Under the pieces are notes generated by a model. That model saw nothing but the letters and a program-made list of their open reading frames with translations, did not search any database and was not told the origin of the DNA. A stretch of DNA of 64,000 nucleotides from Lingula anatina (taxonomy: Eukaryota > Animalia > Brachiopoda), in assembly GCA_051362555.1 (NCBI GenBank), contig CM120645.1:10664001-10728000 (forward strand), in the 5' to 3' direction. A program made the position numbers and the translations under genes. Shown piece after piece: positions 39,052 through 52,400 of this stretch; the stretch's first letter is position 1; each line of letters starts with the position of its first letter.

Positions 39052-42000
39052 TTCATGCACACACATACACTGACACACACACACACACATACACACACAT
39101 GTACACAGACACACACACTTACAAATGCATACTCAATGTATCTCTCGCCATTACAAGTGCTACACATCCATACACAAGGGACCGCCACTCTGTGACATAC
39201 GCATTCAATGGTAAGCATGGGCCACTAAGATTACTAGGAATCCATCAGATTGCCAGGAAAATATGAGCTGATAAGCTGACAGGACATTCCCTGGAGAGAG
39301 CTTGGAATTGGACAGATCTGCTGTAATCACACATCCACTAATTCAATGGGGTCGTGCCGTCAGGTTTTTAATCCAGGCTGATTGCTTCATTCTCTCTCAA
39401 TTATAATTTAGCACGAAGGCATTCTTTTTTTTCTTGTTCACATGAACTTTTGGACAAAGTATATCATCTTTGCATTAGGCGAAAAATGTATTGGCTTTAT
39501 CGAGCCTAGGCTTAACCTTCAGACAGAATTTTTTTCAACCGTTTCCAAAAATATCATCTACCACTTAAGGTTTCATGTTTGTTGGTTCAATTATTTAAGC
39601 AATCAATCATTTATCATCTTATTGGGAATTGCTATCAAAGCATCGTATCATCAAAGTCATATAATTATCCTAGGGCAGCAATTTGAGTGTTAAAAGCAAA
39701 TTACACAAATAGAAGTAATCCCAGCGTTGACATAAATCAACCAAACTTTCCATCAACTACTGGCAGGATGCCATTCGTATGACCACTTGAACCGAAACCC
39801 ACAGCTGAAACGATGTTTTGCAATAGTTTTACAACACAAAATCAACAATGGAACTTTATTCCTTCAACCACCTGTCTACCAGTATAACATGAACAGAGTT
39901 ATCAGTCCTCAAGCTTCCTTTTGCCAGACAATTGAGAGATCGGGGTTCAAGATTAGCATAAAGCACAATGAGCCGGCATGAGAATTAGGGCTTGTTTCAA
40001 TAATGGCGTATTTGCAGATTGTGCCGGGCACGTTTTGATTGAGGTAAAATAATACTGCGTCTAGAACAACTCAAGCATATACTTGCCATTTGGTGAAAAG
40101 TAATACGGGAATAAGGGTGGGGGACAAATAAAAAGACATGTGGCTGTCTTTATGGAAATTTTACAGATTTTTTTTTTCTTCGTGGAATTGATTCCAGACT
40201 GGAAAAATTTTTGAATCAATTTGATGTCAACTTGTCATAGAGTACATGACATTTGTGACACGGTGTCTGAGCATGTGAATCATTCATGAAATTTCAAATT
40301 TCACTCCAGAGAACCTTTTCACCTACTGCTTTATGCAGTGTGTAACAAGTTTTCCTTTCTTTTTTTTCCTTTCTTATTCCTCAAACTTTTTTTCTAGATC
40401 AAGATTGAAAATATAATTAGGAATTAAAGAATCAATATCACCACATGAGGTACCTGCTACAAATATTTTATAGTAGATACCTGAACTGGATGTGCCCCCC
40501 CCCCCCCCCCACCCCTTTCTAGTCAGTTACAGGTACACATGAATTAAGACTATAAGAAAAAAGGATGTCCACATAACCAAAGGTGCTTGAGACAGAAATA
40601 TGGAAAAACACCATGACAAAAAAAGTCTCATATTATGTGTAAAAAAGAAACATCTTTTTGCAGCCCACATCAGACAAACATTATAATTTCAGGATAACAG
40701 TAGCAGTAGTGAATACCACGAAAAAAAAAATCAAAATCAAATCAAATTAGCTGTAATGATAACAAAAGAAGCGGACTACTTGGTCAGGTGCACTGATACC
40801 CGAGCAGCCCTAGGAACAATATTTAAGTCTATAAATGTCAAAAAATTGATGGATCGCTACTTGTGGAAATCCAAAATGAACAAAGCACCTGTTAGGACAG
40901 GAGATAAATATTAAACTTCTTTGTACCAGTACTTTTATGAGAAAAAAAAAAAGAAATCAATTATATATGGTCAGCCTGTTCAGCTCTTTTCTTATTGCCC
41001 CAATGGCCACATTCCACTGTAACAGACAGTCTTCCAGCATAAACCAATACTTGTACCAGAAGTTACTTGTAATAGAAACAATAACAATAATAATAACACA
41101 CGAACAGAAGAGAGCAAATATGTTATTCCATCCGAATATTTAATTTGGTATGCAGTAGCATAGCTGGCAGTATTGAAGGTAGTGTGGGAAAGGAAAGCTG
41201 GGATGGCTGTGGGTGATCACCTGGTCATTCAGACCTGCCAGGCGACTGCGTGATTAAAATGGTAATTTTTACAACTTGCAGCGCTAAAAAGAGAACCATA
41301 ATACAGTGCACGGGGCGAGTAAACACATGGCTGCCAGTCAAGGGGGCAGCCCATTTTATAACAGGGTTAAAAGGTTGTACACTCAAATTATTCATCTATA
41401 TATAAATTGTCATTTCTTGGTAACATCTTCATCAATCCTTGTGTTGTGCAAAGATAACAAGAAATTATCAAGATAACAAGAAATTATCAAGATAACAAGA
41501 AATTATCTACAAATTATCCTAATGATAAGCCATTCTGCCCCTAGAAACCTATGCTGTAACCCCCACTGGCTCAGCCCACCTGTCTTGCCTGTCTAGCCAA
41601 TCAGATGCCAGCATAGCCTCCCCAGCAGCTATAAGCTGTACATAGTATACTGGCACTGAAGTATAAGGTATTAGTTGGATATAAAGGACATGTTAGCTGG
41701 GACATACATATATATCACACATGGTTAATCTGGATGGTTTATAACGCTGGGATCAAAGCCAAGCAAGGGATTAACTCTGACAGGCAGGTGAGAAAAAAAA
41801 TTCTGTTAGGTTTCTGAGGCATGCCAGCCCTGTGGTATCTCCAGTGGAAAAAAAATCTGGAAGGTGTTTCTGGTATGTTAGAGTATAGTCTGTTTTTTTG
41901 TCCTACAAATGTTTTTAGTGAAATAGGATTCAGGTATTTGTTCAGATATGTTTGAGGTAATTTGTATCTGTGTTTATGCTCTTTTTGTTGTTGTTGTGAT

Positions 42001-42503
42001 GAAATATACATAAAATAGGTGATGAAATGATTTTTACTTATTAAAGGCTGAATATTTTTTTCTTATTAAAGGCTGAAAAATTCACTTGCTATTGCCTCAC
42101 TATCTGTTCTTTTATCATTCAATTTTACAAATGAATGGAAAAAAATTCTTGGATAAATCATGTTGAATATAAAGCATTATCTAGCTCTTCAAATGTACAA
42201 CTAGTTAAAACACAGAATCTAAGGGTCTGAACAAACTTTGCCAATCACTCTATTCATGCAAATAGTCTATACTTGCCAATAGCTGCAGACAAGTATTTGT
42301 AGAGGTTGTGAGCATATATACAGAAGACCTAAAAACTAACATTTCTTACTTTAGGCTTAGGATATTTAGCTGTCTACATTTTGACGGAACCTGTTTGACA
42401 CCATGTAGATTTACCAATAACATTTTGTTTTTGGTCCTTGTATTTTCAATCCTTTTATTATGCTTCTGATTTATGGTATTTATCTAAACATCAGTGTATA
42501 CAG

Positions 42504-42573
<70 letters not shown>

Positions 42574-43405
42574 ATAACATTGAAAAGAATACTCCATTAT
42601 TGATAAAACCCACATCATACTGGCAGTGAAATTAATTTTTCTTTCAAAGAAATCAGAGAAGTAAAAAACCCTCTCTGCAGTTCAGGATATCAGCCAATTT
42701 TCTAAGTCAAACACCGATGACAGTGCGTCATCTCCAGAGTATCTACCGCATAGACAAACCGCAGTTACTTCTATTGCGTTGTCTGACATTTCTGTTGACA
42801 TTTAAGAGCATGGTCAATGGGCCTTTTAACAGAGCTGTGGCTTTAACGACAGCGCATCCTGGTGAGGGACAAAAGGTGCTTAACACAAAAACCTCATGCG
42901 ACGCGACTCCCGACTACACAGCTAGCATGTGCCTAGATACACCATCATTACTCACTATATAACTAAACTCTATGACCATACCTTTCCAAACCAAATCGTT
43001 ACAACTCACAGGTAAATTGAAACTGTTTTCTGAACCCAATAATATATTCTGAATACATGGTAATTAAAATTGGCTCATTTTCTTCAGCCAAAAGAAATGA
43101 CTCTAAGCCTGTGGCTAATATTCCCCATGTCAGTCCCAGTGTGATCTCAGGCAGCTGGGAATAACACCTGGTAATATATTGATCGCGGCTCTGCTGCTTA
43201 AGTTTCCAGCAAATACTGCGGGCAGGCCGATGTCCCAGGTTAGCATGGTGGCTTCATGCTAACTACAACATGTATGTGGATTTATACACAGGTGTATAAA
43301 ACACAAACTGGTTAAGGTCCAAAAGACATCACCACTGTACGACTCATTTAGGTAATTAGAAATGATAAAAAGCTATGTATGTGCATGCATGTGCACGCAT
43401 GTCTT

Positions 43406-43459
<54 letters not shown>

Positions 43460-46400
43460 TGTCTGTGTGTGTGTTTAGAAGGAAAGAGGGCATAGATGTA
43501 CTACTAGGCTTAGAATTATAGTAATCTTGCTGCTATCATTCTGGATCCAACCTTTGTCTCTCCACACCCTAGTCAGGTGACAGTGTCATTACTTTCATGC
43601 GGAGTATCCTAGGAATCGAGCTGCCATTAAATATCTAGAGCATGAGCCATTAAATGATATTACAAAACATGAGTCTCCTTCATTACATTTAGTCTAGATG
43701 GCTTTCCAGCATGATTCATCCTCACAGAACAATTGTGCACCTGTTAGCACAGAACAACTAATGATTGACAAAAAAAGTCAATTTTTTCCATCCAGAAAAA
43801 CCATGGCAGTTGTTCTATTCAGGATTTGAACAAAATCCCTGAAAAGTAACTATTAAAAAGTGTATCATAGTTTTGTTGCAATCATTTAAGATATAAACCA
43901 AGACTGTGCTAATAATTCTCACATCACAATACAGAGGCTTGATTGCTATCCCCTTCCTCTACTAAATCCCAGTGTAATCTTTGAACTGGTCAACATAGCA
44001 GCAAGAGCAATTGGGGGGGGGGGGTTACTGATGCTCAGGTGAGGACAAGACATCACCACTTCCTGCAGTGTTAAGTAAAATAAATTGCCAGAAATATCAC
44101 ATATGCCTAAGTCAAAATTAGTATAATCAGGTCAGCAATTGGTAGGTGAAAGACTATGAAATTAATGTGATACCAAGTAGTTATGAAGCACCCTGTAATC
44201 CAAAAGTCTGATAGAGGCTTTTCTTAATGAAGCATTGTCTCTGTTCAAAGCCCAAGTCACCTGGTTACACAGGGGTCTCTAGTGTACTACAAAACTTATA
44301 TTAAGGAGAGTACAGCAGAAAAAATTTTAACTCTTTTGTGGTATCAGTAATACTATAATCTGCTTCGAGTTATAAAACTTCTCCAGCGCCATTCATAAAA
44401 CCCTTCTCCACCTTGCCTCTCCGCACTGCTGGCTCCAGGAAATGTTCTGGGAAATGGCCAGGAAATAGCCCAGCAAACGGTCATTAACTTAGGCGCGAGG
44501 CCCTACCTGATAGATACAAAAGAGAGATTAAAAGATGTCTAGATTAACTGTGCCCTAGAAATATTGACTTTCCCTACAGGATTGACTCTTAGCATAATTG
44601 TAATTATGTAACTCAGCACGCTGTTCTCGTCCAACTGTAATTAACTTTAAAGGAGGCATATTCTAAGTACACGTACCAGGAAATTCAAGAAAAATAGCCC
44701 TGTGGATATATTTTAATTGTTCATGAAGATGAATATCAGAAAGAGAAAAAACTGAAAGAAAATCTTGTTTTTTTTTTACTTTGGTTCACATTAAATTTGC
44801 GTGTACAAATTGAGCTCCATTTTATAGCACCCACCAAACAAAGTAAGAACCTAATAAGCAACAACATATAAGGTTCCTTGTTGTCTTGTGAAAGAAATTA
44901 CCCTCACAGTACAACACAGCCAACTTTTTTTTTTTTTCCAAATGACACAAAAATTCAAATTCCTGTGGAAACCCTGTGTATCAACCAACATCCCCAACAT
45001 CAAACAACAACACACCGTCCCTAAAGTGCAAACATGCCTGATTTAGTAGACACCTCATCACACTAACACTTAGACATAAATCAATCAATGCCTGAAAAAA
45101 AAAGCTGCATGGAAATTAAACTCTTGAACCACTAACAAATTTATGTACACAAATTAAAATCCATTACTGAGTATGTCCTGTTCAATAAGACTTGGCAGGC
45201 GATGGAAATGTTAATGGCTCTAGCAGAAGTCTGGGAATCTAGTCAGTTTATATGTACGGGGGTTGATCAAACACTGCTATGTGATTAGGAACTGTAAGCC
45301 AATTTACTTAAGAGTTACCGGGAATACAAGGAAATCCCACCCCAAACTGAGGTATTGAAAATGTTGAGTGCTCCTTAATTCAGCAGTCTGGGTTATTTAA
45401 ATTCTGAATGACTCATGTGCAATAATACAAGAATAATTCTCTCTCTCACTTTCTCTCTCTCTCTCACACACACACATGCACACACACACAAACACAAAAC
45501 ACTTCTCAAAGCAGCCACACTGAAACAGTTTACCGGAGCTTTACTTGGCAAAATCTCACCAAAATAAACAAATCTTTCATCTTCAACAAACTTGGCTCAA
45601 TCAAAGTATATTATTATATATAAGAAATTCAAATACAGCTGAACAGCTGTACCAGAGGCCCTACAAACAAGGCTTTTTTTGAGTGCATTTCCTTGAATGT
45701 CTGTTTTCCCACTAGGAATATCTGGCTTTCCTACCAAAGGGTTATGTATTCTCAGCAAACATGCCAAGTCTGGATACAACATATAGATCATAAAACTAAT
45801 TAAACCCCAGGAGGATGAGTACCAAGAAACACCAGCCTCCTAGGATTAAGTAATATACAGAGAACAGTGTGTGTGTTTATGTGTGTTTACACATGAGTCA
45901 CTACTCAAATAGTATGTACCTGTATTTTATAAGAGGTCTTTACTCACTACAGTGAAAACTAGTACTCCTGTGACAGTTTTGAAGTAGCACTCTGCACCTT
46001 TAATATTAATTCAATTCAATTTATTTATGTACTGGTACATAGATTATCATGACCTTGTACAATATAATATACTACCGGCAATCGGTGCATTACCATTTCT
46101 CTAGTTGGTAATTGTGTTGCCTGTTTGTGAATGACCAAAAAAATTTATATCTTTATATAATGAACAGATTTATTTGTTAAATTACTCATAAAAATTAATA
46201 ACAGTGAGCATTCTATAAAACAATTTAACATTGGCAAGCTCTTTTGCAAACTTTGTATAAACTATAAGTGGGCAACCAGATAGCAAATACTGATTAAGAG
46301 CAATGTATTTTTAGAGGTGTATGTCCGACTGCAGTTGTCAGCCCAGCAGTGAGACACCTGAGTATAATGAGCGGATATGTGCAGAGGTGGATTACCACTG

Positions 46401-49400
46401 AGCTGGTGACCATCTGGTTATTATGTACATGTGACTCTTGCAAGGATGGTCTTGGCTTCCCTTTGATGGCTGATGTCAAACAAATTGCACCCCGAGTTTC
46501 AGTATCTATCATAATAGAATATGTCGTATGCTGCTATTAGAGGAAGGTTTTTCGCTAACTAGTATGGTAATGACTCAATCTTTTAAATGGACAAAAGTTA
46601 TCAAACTTTCAGATACATAACTTTACAATAAAAAATTATAGTCCTAAAAAGCATATCTGTGGTGCTTTTACTGTATACATAGAAAAGAACTATAGAGTAG
46701 CCTGCTTTTTAAGCATGTTGCTTCCACTCAATAGGAATGTTCTAATATGAAGAAATTATGACAGAAAAATTCAAAGTAAAATTCAAGTAAATACCACACT
46801 CTGATACTCAGGGCGCAGATATGACAAAGTTACTGAACCCACATTATTTCAATCCCTTTCAGAGAATTAACACACCTATAATCTCACGCCAACACAGAGC
46901 TGCTGCGGAAACACAACCCGTTCATATGATCCAACCCAGAGCCTCTTAAAAACTATTAACTGATTTTATCACATATTGATTACGGGTAGAATTATCTATA
47001 AGCTGATGATATGGTGGAATTATCCATGACTGTGAGCTAAAATAAGGTTTAAATAAGCCTCTAATGGTCGTTTTTACCACGCTTCTGGTGTCATTTTCCT
47101 CGTGTGACTTGATTAGTGTTAAAATCTTGCTACTGATATGAAGATTTCCAAAGTGAAAGTTTCATGTTCGCAGAAAATTGGCTAAATCATATTAATGTTG
47201 TTGTGATTTTCAGAGAAAAAGTTGAATATATTCCACATTGCAAAAAATATACTTTTGAAAAAAAAAACAGTTTTCCCTTTGACAAGTACTGTTATAAAAG
47301 ACAACAAAACATGACAGTTAAACAGTGCTATAATCAATGTTTTGATATATATAAATATGGCAGGGCATAGTATGAGTGGACTCATATAATTTCTATGAAA
47401 TAGTATATAAATTTAGAAAGTGTAAAATATGCAAATACATAACCAGAGACAACAGCAAATTCCATTTAGTGATTTAGACATTATCTAATATCTTTACAGT
47501 AATATACAGTGAAAAGAAACACCCCTGCTTGGTATTTGTGTGTGGTACACAAATCACACATAGGCATTACTTCATGTTTAGATATAAGAACTAATTCAGA
47601 CAGGATCAGCTGGCAGAGGCGGCATAAAAAAAGAAGAAAAAGAGAGAGAGAGAGAGAGAGAGTTAGAAAAAAAAAGAGATTTCTTTGTAATCAGGCCTTG
47701 GCATTGAAAGATTCCTTTTAGACTCCAATGTTCTAATGCTTGGCTTATCAAACCAGTGGTCTGATAACAAAAGTTGGGCCCACTCTCGATCCAAATTAAT
47801 CTTTGTCTACACTGGCCTACAGTAGGAAGCAACAATGCAGATCCTTGTAGGCTTTGTTTTCAAAGAAGAACTGCCCATGTAGATAACCGTACTGTTTATG
47901 AATGATAATATCCTTGTTCATCAATGGGCAGCTGCACTATAGGATGTTGTGAGAGTAAACACTGGACACAGTGGTCAAGCGGTCAGTTGTATAGCTGTGT
48001 ATACTGGTATTCATACAAATAGATACTGTTTAGCAATGTGTGTAGAAATGTGTGACTGATATTGGCTTCGATATCATTTCAAGGAAATGTAATTATTAAT
48101 GAAAAATAATGTCATTCTGAGGCCAAACTTCATTTAAAAATGTATTGTGTCAGGGCAGAGATGGTGTTTTTATCTCTGTTGTTGATCAAACATGAAATAT
48201 AGCATAGAACCTAGATCAAATTCTGATTCAGAGTCGACCTTTTCCAGTCAAAACTGTGCTTCCTTTAAACTCTGTGTTGTTATGAATGATACAGTAATGT
48301 ATTTTGAGCCTAGTACTACAGAAATTCCTGCCACTGATTGCTGATATGGTCGGCAGGCTTCTAACATAATCCCACGTCTGTCACAGAAATTCTCACTTCA
48401 CTAGCTATCAATGATATCATATTTGATTTGGGAACACTGAAAACATTCAAAATAACAAATAATTGCCATTATTTCTGAAGACAAAGTAATAAATCTTCTT
48501 AAGCATTTGGCGAAACGTTTACTCGATAACTTGAATTCAGCATTTCATTCTGGACGAACATACTGCCATATCAGTTTCTATTTTTACCATTCACAACTGA
48601 CGGTTGTATCCTTCACTGCGCACGCTAATGGCTGGCAATTAAGCAGCTGTTTCAGAAAATTGTGGAAAATACTGTTTATTTCTGTACATATCATCTTAGT
48701 TTTTCTAACTGACTTACTGATAATCCTACATGGTAAGCTGATAGCAGATAGTACCAGCAGGAGATACCATTCAACATTCAAAATCCATCATATACAAGTT
48801 AAAACATCTACAGATTAAATTTATTGGAATATAGCCCATTAGTTTTTTTTTTTTTTTTGTTTTTTTTTTCAATACATAGGGAGAATTATAAAAACCTTGA
48901 AACAATCTTTGTTTCTATCATCAACATAATACTGTAACTTTTAAATTAATTTTTTTAACAGCCAATTTAAAGTTTTGTCTCTTTTTTCAGCAAGCATGAA
49001 AAGAAGTTGATACAAAGAAAACAACATCAGAAGACCAAACCACTTTCTGTTGAGATACAGTAACATTCCACATCTATGACAATCCAGTGATTACATCATC
49101 CAACTCGTCACAATGCGCAGCAGTAACAACCTTCTACTCCACCTCATCATCCTTGGACTGTCTTGCCTCACTCTCACCACAGCGGAGGTAGGAAAAGACC
49201 CAGCTGAAATCTGGAACACCACCTGTGTGTCTAACTGCTCATGTGCTGTTAAAAACACAGACTTTGGAGTCAAGTTAAAAACAGTTGATTGTCATAATCT
49301 TAACCTTCAGTCCATTCCCAGTGACCTTCCTCTGGACACGGAGGCACTCCTTCTACAAGGAAATGACCTTACAAGTGTTGAAAACACCATACTGCCTCTA

Positions 49401-52400
49401 CCACGACTTCAACACTTGGATTTATCTTACAACAATTTAGACTCGTTGCAGGAAGTATCCGTGATCAGGAACTTAACTTCCTTGCGCTATCTTAACCTGG
49501 CCAACAACAAGTTAACATCTCTATCCAGAGACAGTTTCAGTGGCCTTCACAACCTGAACAAGTTATTCTTGTCCAACAACGCACTGCAGCAAATCGAGCC
49601 AGAAACTTTTGATGAGCTCTCGAGCCTAAGGAGCTTGTTTCTGCAGGAAAATCGACTCACGTCTCTGAATCCTCAGTGGTTTTCCAATTTGCCTTATCTG
49701 GATGAGTTAACTTTATCCGCCAACCAGCTGAGAGTACTACCAGATGGGGTGTTCAGACCATTGCGGAAGCTCACCAAGCTGTCTCTGAACAGCAACAACA
49801 TCAACCAGCTAACACAGGCAGCCATCCATGGAATAGAAAATTTAGAATTCCTTTACTTTGACAACAACAATCTGACTGTTGTACCTACACAAACCCTGGC
49901 CAACCTGACAAATCTCAAAATCTTGTCCTTAAATGGAAATAAGTTTCAAAGGCTGGACACAGGAAGTTTTCACGATCTCCCAGTGCTTGCCGAGCTCAAC
50001 TTGAACAACATGCCATCACTTTTGTTCGTAGATGCTGGTGCATTTAAGGACTTATCCAGCTTGACCATCTTACAGCTCCACGACAACATCAACTTGACCT
50101 ACTTGGATGCCAACGCTTTTGACAATGTTCCTAAACTCAGCATGCTATACATACATAATAATAACCTGATGGCACTGCCTGAGGAGATCGCAAAATCCTC
50201 ACCACATCTGCAGGACATCAGTTTTTACCACAATCCTATTCACTGTGACTGTAATGCAAGATGGATACGAGAATGGATGGAACGAGCCAAGGACAAAACC
50301 AAAGACACCAATGGCACAGTTACACCTGGGCACCTGACCAATCACTACTCGCGGCTTCAGTTCCAGTGGTCTGACAGGCTGGTTTGTGACACGCCCCCAG
50401 CTTTGAACACCAAAGTTCTGCAAACCGTCCCCCTGGAGAGTTTTTCCAAAACATGCGCCCCTACGGCTCTCCCATTCTTCAATGCCAGCTACACACTGGA
50501 ATTAGGCGATCCTTTCACCATACACTGCCGGGCCATAGGAATACCTACCCCAAATATTCATTACTTTCTAGGGCAGGGAAAGAAAGTAAACGAGACATCA
50601 TCGGACTCCGACAGATATCAGTTTGACAGAGGGAGTCTCACTATCACCCACGTGACCCAGTCAGACACTGGCGCTGTAGTGTGTATCGCAGCCAACAATC
50701 GCTCTCAGTACGACACCACTTCTACTCGACTTAAAGTGAAGGGTAAAAATGTTAAAATCCTCCCCGTGGGCGTGACCGAGAACATGGTCACAGTGGCTCT
50801 CAACGGATCAGACTTGAATAAAACGGTGGAAAAGTTCCACCTCAGTTACAAACTATCTCCAGGTAGCGATCAAGACTATAAACTGATCCATATTTTGCCT
50901 AACAATACGCAAATCTTCACCATAACAGAGCTACAGCCAAAGACAATGTACATCTTCTGCATCACTTATGAGCACAATAACTACAATCATAACTTAGACT
51001 GTATTAATATCAGCACTGACTCTAAGGTCATCAAAGAACTGCATAATGACAACATCAGTACCAGTAACGATGTCAAATTCAATGACGTCACGGGTACAAC
51101 GGTTGTGACGGTTATCTTTGTGTGCGTATCTGTCCTCACAGTGCTGGCGGTGACGCTGGCATTTGTGCGCCGATTCAAGCAAAGGCAGCCATACAAAGAA
51201 CCCGATGGTATGGTTTATCGCTTGGGTAGCATCTCAAACATTACGCTAGACTCTTTGTACAGCCCTCCATCTACCCCAATACACAATCTCAAGACATCGC
51301 TGGTGAAAAATGCATACGGTCCATCATATGCCTAGGATATAAGTTATCATACACAGTGTCTCCCCTTTGTAACATGTCTTCCCTTCAGTAAACTTCTTGA
51401 CACCACTTATTCAGTACAATACATGTGAAACAAAATTAATTGCAGTCACTTTACATATTATTCTACTTGAATTTGGTCTAACAGATGAAGTTTCTCTTAA
51501 GATAAGAGTTTATTTAGCCAATTATAAAAATCGGAAATCATTTTCCATTGGAGCAATATACAGAGTAAAATAATAAAATAATACAATAAATAAATAAATT
51601 AAGAATTTAGCTTTGAGATCAAATTAAAATGCGCCACTGCACTTGGATAAAAGCTGTTTAAAAAGCGTTTACTGCCTTTAAAAGTTAAAAGTCTACTGTT
51701 GCTTGGTAAAAAAGTAAAAAGAGAGGATTTCTTAGTGGGAATATGTGGCATATTAATTACAAATTTACCAGGAAATGTTTTAGTCTATAGATTAATGATG
51801 ACTGTAACAGGCATGTGGATATACATCAGAAAGCATTGTTGCAAATGCCAAATATGTTATTTCTTTTCTAACACAAATATATCTAATGCAGGATACATAA
51901 ATACCAAGTACATGTGCAGGCACTGTTTTTCATATAAGAATATATTCAGTCTTATTTAGTTGCTGAAGTTGAACATCATTTTGTCAAAAGTAAATTTTTC
52001 CATTTAGGTTAAGCACAAAAAATCATTCTTTAATAAATACCATGTGTGTCTCATGCTATGTCAATTTTTTTACAACGAATCTGAGCTTTTTCAATGTATA
52101 TTTCTGCTAACTGCACTTGATGTAAATAAACAATGAGAAATGTAAATATGTCACTTTTACATATTAAGTAGCAATAGGAACAACTCAATGTCACAGCAAG
52201 AAAGAAAGAAAAGTGGCTTTTGTAATGACATAATATTATGACAAATGAGACAGTCTAAGAGCTATCCATAACATACGAGTTCATAAAATATGTGTACTGT
52301 GGGTATTTTGATCTTTGCTTCATTGTAATAAATTTAATGTGAGCAGTACCATATGTTAATCAATTCACCACCAGTCTATATCACTGCATTGTACAGTTTT

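Noticed and set aside
34209-39218. ORFs rich in ER, SL, CV or HT dipeptides, and the Lys-rich 145-aa ORF at 35206
   Set aside because: Translations of microsatellites or A-rich intron; no domain or splice support.
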